64,000 nt of DNA from Nitrosopumilus sp. (GCA_965206745.1 OZ242220.1:1728001-1792000); one strand, 5' to 3'; counted from the first letter of the stretch, positions 29,570 through 39,285 are shown. A program made the numbers and translations. The notes: generated by a model not told the origin, from the sequence alone.

Positions 29570-30605
29570 TGCTTTGTTGTATGACTCGATCAATTCAGAT
29601 GATTATTTGTCTCTGCATAATTTAATCCAGACAGTATCCACTGAAATCATGCCAGTACCATCCTGTTGTTGTACAGCAACTTGAGTTTCATCCCGTGCAT
29701 CATGTTTTTCCTTTTTCGTGCCATCACATACTCTCCAAACAGCCTCTTTATTGCAGAAAATACTGCCTCAACCAACCCATCTTTTTCCAGAACCTGCAGT
29801 CTTTTTCCATTCCGTGTTACATCTCTGCATCTTTGCTGTCATTGTGCGCGGATACGACGGGGTATCACATCTGGAATTTTTTCGGACCGGAATTACACGC
29901 CGTATTCTCTCATGGTACATGTGCTCAAATATTATGGCCGCATCATACGTATCATCTGCCAGCACACAAGATACGGTGTTTCTTTTGCCTGACTCTTCGG
30001 CCAGATCAATTAGATGCTTTGAGTCATGTGAGCTCTCATCTGTAATGATCATGCCTGTTACAGTCATTGTTTTGGTATCAACTGTACCATGCAATTTTAT
30101 GAATCCTCTTCTCGGGGTACCGTGCTTGTATCTTATCGAATCGCCACTGTTTGTTACCTTTATTCCAGTACTGTCAATTGCAATGGTGATATTGCCATGT
30201 GTGTTTTTGCTCTGGGTCAAGTCAAGCTGTAACTGGTTTATTTTTCATATGGTGCTGTATGATGGAACCTTGATTTTATCACCAAACAAGGTTTCTGCCA
30301 GACCAGATGTCTGTATGGCAATGTACAGTAGAGATGAATGTATGCATGAATCGTGATCAACTCGTCTGGATATTGGTATTGTCCTCCCAGTTTTTTCTGA
30401 TTCATCTTTTTTAATTCCCTTTTGAATCCGTTTATGAGGTTGACATCGATGCGAAAGTAACCTCGTCTGCAGAGTTTGTTGTTGTACCCATTCCAATTTT
30501 TACTCACACATGCATGAACTATTTGATGATCTTTAGCTTTTTTGATTTAATTTTGTTAGACTGGAGATCAAAAAGATGATACAGGCAGAGTCATGCAACA
30601 AAGCA
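29570..30605 (-). mobile_element. IS5-family (IS903-like) insertion sequence, defective
   Basis: 18-bp TIRs tgctttgttgtatgactc / gagtcatgcaacaaagca (one mismatch); no TSD seen. Confidence 0.88.
29647..30507 (-). pseudogene. IS5 DDE transposase pseudogene
   Basis: NWNGYNNKLCRRG, IAIDSTGIK, FIKLH, LADDTYD and VEAVFSAIKR occur in different frames. Confidence 0.9.
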
Positions 30606-30704
30606 GAATAAACCATAACTTAGAATCATGACAGCTACATAAGATATTGGTTTATTTTTCCAGTCATCCAACAAGAGTTCTTAAAATTCAACTATGAATA
30701 TGTT

Positions 30705-31088
30705 TTATCTTATCCATGAAAACCACCTTCGAAACTTTCCAAAATGTCTAGCTTTTGATTTCTTATCTAGTGCACGACCTGTTTTTATTTCTGAATCATC
30801 CCATTTTTTGGACCAGATAATTTTATTCTTCTCTATCCAGTAATGGGATTGACACGGTATATTCCAATTTCCAATTGATGGGTTTAGTGAAATTGTTTCC
30901 CCATTCCAGGTTAGATTCCAATCCATAGGTTTGATGGGCGTTACAGTAATTTCACCACAACCACAAGCACATTTGTGGATAGCTGTAGCATATGGAATGG
31001 ATATGTACAGTATTCCCTCTTCCACTGGATCTGGAATTAAATCAACAAACTCATATCTGATAATCTTATGTTTCATTTGCAACATCAC
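30705..31088 (-). CDS. DUF6527-like Cys/His-rich protein
   Basis: HKCACGCG..TPI..W.L...SLNPSIGNWNIPCQSHYWI; probable start 31076 overlapping the E1 stop. Confidence 0.8.
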   Translation of the reverse strand: MMLQMKHKIIRYEFVDLIPDPVEEGILYISIPYATAIHKCACGCGEITVTPIKPMDWNLTWNGETISLNPSIGNWNIPCQSHYWIEKNKIIWSKKWDDSEIKTGRALDKKSKARHFGKFRRWFSWIR

Positions 31089-32241
31089 TATTTGTCAAAG
31101 TGTTAGTAGAGATTCCATAAACAGTATGGTATTCATTTGGGATATCGTGATAGAATCCACAGGTCTTTTTCCATTTGATAACTGCAAATGCGGCATTTAA
31201 TGCATTCATATCAGCAACTTGGATATTAGTTGAGTATTGGTTATCTTCGTTGCCATCAAAAGGGATTTTGTTTGATGGATCATTATTAAGAGATGGATCA
31301 TAGCTAGTTGTTCGAATCAAACCAGTTAGTGCTTCATTCTCATTTAAGAGACCGATTCCCACATCAATGAAAGGTATTTTATTTTTCATAAGATAATTCA
31401 CTATAATTTTTCTAGATTCTCCTTTGTCAACACAAAGGAACACCATATCCATAGAAATTAATTTTCCAATATTTGATTCATCTATGAGATGTGGGTGTGG
31501 GATAATGTTTCTTCGCATCCGAGAATAATTTTCCGCAAACCACTCTACCTTAGTTATATCTTTTGAGAGATCATCATACGATGGCGCTCCAGGAGAACGA
31601 AAGGCATTGTGATTGTGGAATTTATCGCCATCAAAAAGATGAATTTCACCCACAGGGGTTTTAGCAACAAGATCGAGAATGTATGATCCTGTTCCACCTA
31701 ATCCAACGATAGCAATTTTATCTTTCTTTAGCTTTTCATTAATTGATGTAATACCTGCACGACTGGAAGCTGTATCCAAATAACAGAAGACAGATTCATC
31801 CTCGGTGAGTTTGACAGGATGAAATGTGGTGGCTTTAACTTTTGAGTCAATTGCTCGGGCTTCATTCTCTAATATTTTGACATAATGTGTCATCTTTTGA
31901 TGATAATTCTGATATCCTCCTGAAGGTTTTTGAGAAAACATTTGAATGGTAACTAGCCCATCGCGAATTTTTTCTGGTAAACTCCTAGTTCCTAATTTGA
32001 CTAATCGTGATCCTTTTGAATCACATGGAAAATCATCCGTCCAGAATACGACATGATTGTATGGCTTTATAGTATTACCTGACATAGTAGATTTTGATAC
32101 TAGTGATCCATATGCTATCTCTTTCTTGTCATTGACATATGGAACATGATGAATTATGAGGGTGGTATTAACAAACTCCATCTCATAACCTTCGTTTACA
32201 AGTTGTCGCAGATCAGGATTACGATTTATCAGTTCTAACAA
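31066..32241 (-). CDS. ThiF/E1-like adenylyltransferase with N-terminal DUF6791 (E2-like) domain
   Basis: IAIVGLGGTGS, LFDGD...HNAFR, FLCVD, IPFIDVG; N-domain LINRNPDLRQL.NEGYE...HVPYV; TTG start inferred. Confidence 0.88.
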   Translation of the reverse strand: MLELINRNPDLRQLVNEGYEMEFVNTTLIIHHVPYVNDKKEIAYGSLVSKSTMSGNTIKPYNHVVFWTDDFPCDSKGSRLVKLGTRSLPEKIRDGLVTIQMFSQKPSGGYQNYHQKMTHYVKILENEARAIDSKVKATTFHPVKLTEDESVFCYLDTASSRAGITSINEKLKKDKIAIVGLGGTGSYILDLVAKTPVGEIHLFDGDKFHNHNAFRSPGAPSYDDLSKDITKVEWFAENYSRMRRNIIPHPHLIDESNIGKLISMDMVFLCVDKGESRKIIVNYLMKNKIPFIDVGIGLLNENEALTGLIRTTSYDPSLNNDPSNKIPFDGNEDNQYSTNIQVADMNALNAAFAVIKWKKTCGFYHDIPNEYHTVYGISTNTLTNSDVANET

Positions 32242-32479
32242 TATCAAACACCATCCCACTCTTAATTTCAATGTCTTGACCATCTACAAGAGTACCTTCA
32301 CGATTTTCCTTTGGACCGCGACTACATTGAACAGTGAATATTTCATTTGGCCCATGTGAAGAAGGAAATGCTAAATCAATTATTTGTGGATAATTGATTG
32401 TTTTATATTTCCATAGATGTTGTCTTGCATTAACAATTATGTTAAAATGTTCGGAACATTCTTCATTTTCTTTTTGCAT
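32219..32479 (-). CDS. Ubiquitin-like (multiubiquitin-domain, beta-grasp) protein
   Basis: IIVNAR...INYPQIIDLAF...FTVQCSRGP...GTLVDGQ.I.IKSGMVFDIVRTDKS; GGAGGTG SD upstream of ATG 32479. Confidence 0.85.
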   Translation of the reverse strand: MQKENEECSEHFNIIVNARQHLWKYKTINYPQIIDLAFPSSHGPNEIFTVQCSRGPKENREGTLVDGQDIEIKSGMVFDIVRTDKS

Positions 32480-32818
32480 TGTTACACCTCCTTGAATTGA
32501 TTGCACTGCAGAACTTTATTCCAGATACAATGTCACCTTGTTTATGAGATAACTGTAATTTGTTAAGTGAATAAAATAATGAATTGATAAAAAGAGAAAT
32601 TATCTCTTTTATCTTATTTTTAGAATGAGGTTGAAATGTTTTTTTGCATTGAGATTGATCAGTGCTCAAAAGCAATCCTTTCTTAATTAGTTGTGTATCT
32701 ATGTACATATCTACATATTGTAAATATGATCATCTATTTAAGTATTTAATAATTAGACACAAATAGCCATAACCACATATGTAGAAAACTAGAAATACAA
32801 AGTTAATGTAATAATACT

Positions 32819-32959
32819 GTGGGAAAAATCCATTTGTCAATTAATGATGAAATTGAAAAAAAATTTAGAATGGCAGTAGCAAAGAAAAAAGGATACAAAA
32901 AAGGCAATCTTGCAGTATCCATTGAGGAAGCAATGAAAATGTGGACATCCAAAAAATAA
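32819..32959 (+). CDS. 46-aa ribbon-helix-helix protein (not in ORF track)
   Basis: GTG start; MGKIHLSINDEIEKKFRMAVAKKKGYKKGNLAVSIEEAMKMWTSKK. Confidence 0.7.
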   Translation: MGKIHLSINDEIEKKFRMAVAKKKGYKKGNLAVSIEEAMKMWTSKK

Positions 32960-33198
32960 TCCTACTGAAGGAATGGATGCCTGATGAAAAGGAACTGTGT
33001 GATTCTAAGATCAAATGAGGATATTTTAGATAGTATTGATGCTAAACAAATTTTGATAAATTCGTCTCATTTTAAACAAGTTGTTACTTTAGTGGTGAAA
33101 TGTCTATTATATTATAAATTGGTTTCAAATAATGAGGGTCCATTAATGAAAAAGTTATTTATCAAAGATTTAGGAAAAAAGAAGAGGAGGATGTTTAG

Positions 33199-33513
33199 AT
33201 GACTGCAAATATAACGACTAAATCAAAAATCGGAAAATCGAACACATCAGTAATGGAATTATTCATAGCGATTGATTCACCATCGGATAAAAAATTGAAT
33301 GATTTTAGAAAAAATTCAGAATGGTTTGCTAAAAACAAAGACAGTTTAAGAAAGAAATATGGAGGAAATTATGTTGCAGTTCATAAGAATAAGATTTGTC
33401 TTAAAGATGAAGACCCAACAAAATTACTCGAACATGTTAAAGTAAAATATGGTCATGATCCAAGTGTTGTGGTAAGCTTTATTGGAAAAGAACAAGTGAA
33501 ATTTTTACTATAA
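33199..33513 (+). CDS. DUF5678-like protein, copy 2 (intact)
   Basis: Same motif as copy 1; GAGGA SD upstream. Confidence 0.75.
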   Translation: MTANITTKSKIGKSNTSVMELFIAIDSPSDKKLNDFRKNSEWFAKNKDSLRKKYGGNYVAVHKNKICLKDEDPTKLLEHVKVKYGHDPSVVVSFIGKEQVKFLL

Positions 33514-33526
33514 ACTTATAAAAAAA

Positions 33527-33961
33527 TTGGAAATAAAAATTATGCAACATGGTACTAGAGCAATGGTACAAGTTGACATAGTTAGTAAAAAATTAGGAAA
33601 TCGAATAATACCAGTAAATTTTCTAATAGATACCGGAGCAGATATAACAACAATATCACCTCTTTGTGCATTAACTAATGAAATAGATTTTTCTAAATTA
33701 AGAAAAAAGAAGGAACCATCTGTAGGTATTGGTGGTACACAAATTTGTGAATATGAAATAGATGATGTGGGATTTAGATTCATGAATTTAAAAGGTAAGC
33801 CAATCTATGAAAAATTAGAATGTATTGATGTGATAGAACCAGACCTGGAAGCAGAAATAGGTTCAAATATGTTTAAAATTCCAAATCTATTGGGAACAGA
33901 TATGTTGAAAAAATTGAAACTGACTTATAATTCACATTGCAAACTTGAAGTAAAAAAATAA
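33527..33961 (+). CDS. Retropepsin-like (clan AA) aspartic protease
   Basis: FLIDTGADIT catalytic motif, GIGG flap, NLLGTDML. Confidence 0.88.
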   Translation: MEIKIMQHGTRAMVQVDIVSKKLGNRIIPVNFLIDTGADITTISPLCALTNEIDFSKLRKKKEPSVGIGGTQICEYEIDDVGFRFMNLKGKPIYEKLECIDVIEPDLEAEIGSNMFKIPNLLGTDMLKKLKLTYNSHCKLEVKK

Positions 33962-33969
33962 TATAAAAT

Positions 33970-34254
33970 ATGGCTCTGGTCAAGAGTAGTAATTCAATTA
34001 TAGTATTACACCACTCAGAAGATACGTTGAAGATTAGATTTTACCTACTGGCTCTGCTATCAGGCTTGTTTCTCATTGTGGCCTTGCCTGTCGGAATTGT
34101 ATTTTTGGTCTTTGTTGCCCTGTACTATGTGGTTTCCAATAGGGAGGAAAGCAGGATTGAACCTGCTAGTGCTGATGTACATCCCCCGGATCCTGACTTT
34201 AACAGCTTGTTCAACAATGAAGACTTTGTAAACGAGCAAGAAAAGTTAAGATGA
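33970..34254 (+). CDS. Small membrane protein, copy 2
   Basis: Near-identical to 29279-29563. Confidence 0.6.
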   Translation: MALVKSSNSIIVLHHSEDTLKIRFYLLALLSGLFLIVALPVGIVFLVFVALYYVVSNREESRIEPASADVHPPDPDFNSLFNNEDFVNEQEKLR

Positions 34255-34470
34255 TTCAATTACAAAATATATCCTCTAATGCTGGTTTGGCCTAGACTGC
34301 AAAAAGGCAGATAATCATCTGAGGGTAGCAAAGCACGATCTGTTAAAAATTAGTAAATTTTCACAGTACAGAAAAACCATCCTTTTCCATACGAGGATTT
34401 ATGATTGTAAAAGCAAATGAAACCACTCATGCAAGACAAACATGTGAACCTAGAGAGAGATTGATTAAAG

Positions 34471-34659
34471 TTAGATGTTCAGACCAAAATTGACTGATGC
34501 AACTTTGTTTTTGAATGGACAGGATTTTCCTTCATGCTCCCCATCTTGGCCAACAGGGAGTATGTCAGTGGTTTCTGCATAGACAGAGTCCATCGGAAGT
34601 GCCATGGAAAATATGGCAGCCAGTGCAAGTATTGAGAACATTGCAATTTTTGAATCCAT
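34471..34659 (-). CDS. Small exported protein
   Basis: Signal peptide ending VYA; HEGKSCP tail; TATA-like ttaaata upstream. Confidence 0.6.
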   Translation of the reverse strand: MDSKIAMFSILALAAIFSMALPMDSVYAETTDILPVGQDGEHEGKSCPFKNKVASVNFGLNI

Positions 34660-34863
34660 CTAGATACTGTTGAGTGCTTTAATATTTAAGGATATGGCGC
34701 ATTCTCGGATGTTATTCCATCCAGCTGATGTCTGGCAGTGTAGATCGCAGTCGAATCAGAGTAGCCTCAATGGTAGTGTCAAAGATATCTTTGAGCAGAC
34801 CTCATGCGCCTTTACAGAGATGATCTGATTTAGCATATCATATTTTAGGCACAGGAAAGGGGA

Positions 34864-34938
34864 TGGGCCCACGGGGATTTGAACCCCGGATCTTCGCCGT
34901 GTAAGGGCGACGTCATAACCGACCTGGACTATGAGCCC
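34864..34938 (-). tRNA. tRNA-Val(TAC)
   Basis: GGGCTCA acceptor stem, anticodon arm TCGCC-CT-TAC-AC-GGCGA, T-loop TTCAAAT. Confidence 0.95.
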
Positions 34939-35017
34939 AGAAACCTAGCCTGTTAAAATCCATTTAAACTTTGAGACAAGTGAAAATCTAGAAATTTGGC
35001 AGTGAAGCAGCAAGAAC

Positions 35018-36034
35018 ATGTCTAATTGCAGATTCTTTACCAGCCCCATCGGACTGGGCCATGTAACCCGGGACATTGCAATTGCAGATTGTTTTGAGGA
35101 TATCTCAGCGAGTTTCATCACGGGTAGCGGTGCCGCAGAGATCCTAAAGAGACTGGACTATAACGTGCAGGATGCATACAATCCGCCCTCATTTGTCATC
35201 AAGAATGGGACCCTGAAGAGTCCTGCCAGATGGCTGTGGAACTATTATCGCTACTATAGGGACTGCAAGAGTATCTCAAGGGGACTGCTCCAAAGGGACA
35301 GGCCGGACCTGGTGATCAGCGATGAGGACTTTGCATCGCTGACTGTCGCCCAGGACATGAAGATTACAACGGTGCTAGTCACTGACGTACTGGAGACCCG
35401 CTTTACCAGGGGAATTGCATCGCTTGTTGAAAAAAAGATGAACAAGTCAATGCAGGAGATCATCAGCAGGTGCGATGCAGTGATCTTTCCTGAAATAGGG
35501 GATGACCATGACAACATCAGGATGGTGGGCCCGATAGTACGGCAGACGAATCTTACAAGGGAGGAACTGAGAAGAAAATTTTCATTCCAAAAAAGAACCG
35601 TGCTAATCTCCATAGGGGGCACGGATGCAGGACTGTTCCTAATTGAGGAGGCATTGAAGGCTGCCTCAAGGATCAGTGATCTGGATATAGTTTTGGTTTC
35701 AGGACCGGCAGTAAGCAAGAGATACGAGAATGTACGGAACCTGGGATTTGTGGATAACCTGCACGAGTTAATCTATGCTGCAGACGTGATTGTGTCGCTG
35801 GCAGGAAAGTCAACCATAGACGAGGCCAACGCCTATGGCACTCCGGCAATATTCATACCGATAAAGGGACACTTTGAGCAGGAGGACAATGCAAGGGAGC
35901 AGGGCTTTGCCTTCAATGATATCAACAGACTGGAGAAATTAATTTTGGAAAAGCTGGAAGAGAGTAGAGGCAGGGTAAGCACCGGCGGTGCCAAGATTGC
36001 ATCAGAGATCATTGAAAGATTGACAGATACGTGA
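35018..36034 (+). CDS. Glycosyltransferase family 28 (MurG-like)
   Basis: GLGHVTRD, SIGG, AGKSTIDEA, HFEQEDNA. Confidence 0.85.
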   Translation: MSNCRFFTSPIGLGHVTRDIAIADCFEDISASFITGSGAAEILKRLDYNVQDAYNPPSFVIKNGTLKSPARWLWNYYRYYRDCKSISRGLLQRDRPDLVISDEDFASLTVAQDMKITTVLVTDVLETRFTRGIASLVEKKMNKSMQEIISRCDAVIFPEIGDDHDNIRMVGPIVRQTNLTREELRRKFSFQKRTVLISIGGTDAGLFLIEEALKAASRISDLDIVLVSGPAVSKRYENVRNLGFVDNLHELIYAADVIVSLAGKSTIDEANAYGTPAIFIPIKGHFEQEDNAREQGFAFNDINRLEKLILEKLEESRGRVSTGGAKIASEIIERLTDT

Positions 36035-36129
36035 TATCAGTGCACCCCACATGTAGGATGACTGGAATGTACATGGAGAAAAGTCAAAGACCACACAGGT
36101 GAGTGAAGATCCCGACTGACCAGAACAGC

Positions 36130-37062
36130 TCACCACGACAAGTAATACGGTGCAAAGTAATGCAGAATATTCATCATGAGCTTTTGTACCTCTCCAATTA
36201 AGGGACTGTATGGTTCAGTGGATTGATTGCATGCATTCTGTAATCGTGCCGTATGTTCTCGATGTTCAATTATAATTGGAAGATCTCCAGTCATGCTCAC
36301 TATTTGTCCTACTGTGTCATGTTTTACAGTGTCTATGTTTACATGAATCTTTAATCGGCCCGTGGATGCATCAATTCCTGTACCTATCACAGAGTCGATC
36401 ATGAATAATCTGGGCGCGACAAAAGACATTCTGTCTTCTAACTCATCAGGTATTTCAATTACTTGAATCGACGGTACCAGCATGTTGAATTCGGCGGATA
36501 TCTCTTCTATCATTTGATCATTTGCCAGTATGGCAGCTTGTGTAGAATCATCACCGGGAGCTGCCTTGAGTTGCCTGTTCTGTTCCAATAAATCAGGTAG
36601 TGGAGCAGCAACACTTTGGCTCTGGTCGGTGAATTCGTGACTAAGTGCAGCACGAGTGGCATAATCTAGACTGGTCCTGACTGGAAATATGATAACGGGG
36701 TTGATGGTGCTGTTGTACAGATGATCCTCGTCTACGACAGTGTCTATTGCTGAATGACGGTGTGATTTATGAGCCAATACAAGGTTGTACAGGTATTCCT
36801 CGTTTCCGATGTCACATCCTCTTTGATTGCATCCTATGCACGCTTTCTGATTTAGATAGTGCCGATAGTCCTCGTTTACCATGTCATGCGGCAGTTTCAG
36901 AGTCGTGTTGTTGTACAGGTGATCCTCGTCTACGGGGATTGTATTTGGAAGGGGATCATCAAGTCCGGGCTCTATTTGGCCAAAAGATTCGCCGATTCCA
37001 AAAGTCATTACAGCTACCAAAGAGGCAAACAGTATCGTGTTGACTGTTTTTTTATCATCCAT
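36130..37062 (-). CDS. Exported protein, possibly a truncated S1 protease precursor
   Basis: Signal peptide, internal VDEDHLYN repeat, ends shortly after PLIG. Confidence 0.55.
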   Translation of the reverse strand: MDDKKTVNTILFASLVAVMTFGIGESFGQIEPGLDDPLPNTIPVDEDHLYNNTTLKLPHDMVNEDYRHYLNQKACIGCNQRGCDIGNEEYLYNLVLAHKSHRHSAIDTVVDEDHLYNSTINPVIIFPVRTSLDYATRAALSHEFTDQSQSVAAPLPDLLEQNRQLKAAPGDDSTQAAILANDQMIEEISAEFNMLVPSIQVIEIPDELEDRMSFVAPRLFMIDSVIGTGIDASTGRLKIHVNIDTVKHDTVGQIVSMTGDLPIIIEHREHTARLQNACNQSTEPYSPLIGEVQKLMMNILHYFAPYYLSW

Positions 37063-37110
37063 GTTCTTACACCCCCATGCATCTTTATGATATAATAATT
37101 ATCAATGACT

Positions 37111-37155
37111 GTTCTGGTCAAATACAGTGATCGGATCATCATTTGTGGGCAGAGC
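37111..37155. repeat. ~46-bp palindromic repeat, copy 5
   Basis: gttctggtcaaatacagtgatcggatcatcatttgtgggcagagc. Confidence 0.8.
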
Positions 37156-37503
37156 CAGACAGGATGATGCAAGCAGAGGCATAGATAACTTATCTGCGTA
37201 TTTTATAATAGACAACATAGAATATCAATTCGAAAACACCTACCCAAAAAATCCAAATGACAACTCCCTTTTTCCAACACTCTTTTGCTTGGTCCTCTGT
37301 TAGTGTTAATCTGTAATCATCAGGTTGCACATAACAGCCATTTGGAGCACTTGCCCAGATAACCCAAAATTACAAAACAGATGCCTGCCGTAACTACCAG
37401 GCTTAAATTTAGAACATCCATGACAGGAAATGTCAACGAGTGATTGATAAATCCTGTATAATCAAATGCTTAATAGAAGGCAGTTTGGTTTTGATAGAGT
37501 GCC

Positions 37504-38919
37504 ATGACAAAGCTGATAGTTGCCAAATTTGGCGGTAGCGCACTTGGTCCGGATGGCCAGACTATCCCAAAAGTCATCCAAAGGATCACGGATCTGAAAA
37601 AGGATTCCAAAGTCATTGCCGTCTTTTCGGCCCCACTGACAATGCACAACGAGAAGAAGCGCTCGCTGACAGACGTGGTACTAGAGCAGGGCAAGAATGC
37701 AGAGGATGGCACAAAGCCGTCCCTGGAGACTGTAAAGTCGACTTATCAGAGGATTCTAAAAATGGTTAATCAGGACAACAGGGAGAACTGTGAGAAGACG
37801 ATCCAGCACCACCTAGAGAAGGCACAGGGGGCGCTTGATAAAGCCTATGAGAGCAGAGAGTTTGCAAACGAGATCCGCTCTGAGGCACTGGGATTTTCAG
37901 GAGAGATTCTAATGTCGCATGTGATGAACCACATCCTGAGGAGCAACGGCATGAAAGCCGAGGCAGTAAAATTTGAAGACTGGCCGATAGTAACTGACAA
38001 GAATATAGAATTTACAAATTTTCTCACCGCCGAGTCCAGGGAAAAGATGGGCAAGACAGAGCAGCTGGTAAAAGACAACGATGTTGTCACCATAGGCGGA
38101 TTCATCGGCAAGACAGTGGATAACATCACCACGACGTACGAGCGCGGCGGTTCGGACAGGACGGCAGCAGACCTCGGGATACTGTTCCACAGAAAATACC
38201 AGACCAGCATAGACTTTGAGAAGGACAGCTCGGTGGTATCAGCCGATCCTAGAATTGTGGATTCGGATCTAAGGGAGATCACCCAGCTGTCGTACAACGA
38301 GGCAAGGCTGGCAGGAATGTTCGGAATGAAGATCCTGGATCCGATTGCAATAAAGGAGATTGTCGAGAACGGGGTGGACATGCCAATCACCATCACCAAC
38401 ATGAAGAGCCCTGAAAAGACGACCACGATAAAAAGAAACCTGCAAGAACAAAAGGGGCATCCGATAAAGATAGTCACGGGAAAGGAGAACTGCGCCATCT
38501 TTAGAATAGAGACAAGCGCGGTTCAGAAACTACTGACATCCCTGGAGAAGGACAAGCATTACAGCGAGTTTGTCATACTATCGCCATTTACAAAGGACGG
38601 AATCGAGTTCTCCAGGATACTGTTTCTGGATGGGGACTATGTAAAGAGGAATGAAAAGTATCTGCTGGGATTTGACTCGCTTGCCACAATAACGTACAAC
38701 AGGGGGGTCATAACGCTGATCGGTGATGAGATGTGGAGGGTGCAGCAGGTGGCATCGAGGACCAGTGCAAAGATAGGCCAGTCAGGACTGAACATACTGA
38801 ACATGGATGCACAGGAGGAGACCTCGCGGATAATCATCGTCGTGGAGGATGCGCATGGCAACATCGAGAAGGCCATTGCGGCAATACACCAGGAGATCTC
38901 TAGGAATAATTTTGAATAA
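37504..38919 (+). CDS. lysC: Aspartate kinase
   Basis: KFGGS, RGGSDRTA, SADPRIV, LSYNEA, C-terminal ACT domain. Confidence 0.92.
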   Translation: MTKLIVAKFGGSALGPDGQTIPKVIQRITDLKKDSKVIAVFSAPLTMHNEKKRSLTDVVLEQGKNAEDGTKPSLETVKSTYQRILKMVNQDNRENCEKTIQHHLEKAQGALDKAYESREFANEIRSEALGFSGEILMSHVMNHILRSNGMKAEAVKFEDWPIVTDKNIEFTNFLTAESREKMGKTEQLVKDNDVVTIGGFIGKTVDNITTTYERGGSDRTAADLGILFHRKYQTSIDFEKDSSVVSADPRIVDSDLREITQLSYNEARLAGMFGMKILDPIAIKEIVENGVDMPITITNMKSPEKTTTIKRNLQEQKGHPIKIVTGKENCAIFRIETSAVQKLLTSLEKDKHYSEFVILSPFTKDGIEFSRILFLDGDYVKRNEKYLLGFDSLATITYNRGVITLIGDEMWRVQQVASRTSAKIGQSGLNILNMDAQEETSRIIIVVEDAHGNIEKAIAAIHQEISRNNFE

Positions 38920-39069
38920 TGAAAAGTGGCGTTACGGGCTCTCACCTGTAAACCGCCATTCATGGGTTTATTCTTGGACCGTTATCTAGACTTAGTCCGG
39001 CGTTACCCAAAACACGCGATACCATACGTTATAGTTACTAGTATTTAGAGTTGATCCATATAGATCCGT

Positions 39070-39285
39070 TCACACACGCTCAGCTGCATACCAAAGGACG
39101 ATGCCGGCGCCCAGCAGGGCATACCACTTGAAGTTCCTCCTGTTTAGAAAGACGTTTGCAGAGCCTGCGTCCTCATCCCTGTATGTAGTCAGGCGAATCT
39201 TTCTCATCTCAAATGCCTGACCGACCAGGCCCATTACAAGCAATGCTATTCCGGCAAATCCCAGGGTCCACTCCATGGTTACCAC
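39070..39285 (-). CDS. Small membrane protein
   Basis: Two TM segments; core-like codon usage. Confidence 0.65.
   Translation of the reverse strand: MVTMEWTLGFAGIALLVMGLVGQAFEMRKIRLTTYRDEDAGSANVFLNRRNFKWYALLGAGIVLWYAAERV

Noticed and set aside
29570-30605. Active IS or programmed frameshift transposase
   Set aside because: Several independent disruptions and no TSD; the element is a pseudogene
32463-33202. ORFs 32463-32708 (-) and 32984-33202 (+) as operon members
   Set aside because: No motifs; the first overlaps the Ubl SD and start, and the second spans promoter-like DNA whose frame is not kept in the duplicate copy
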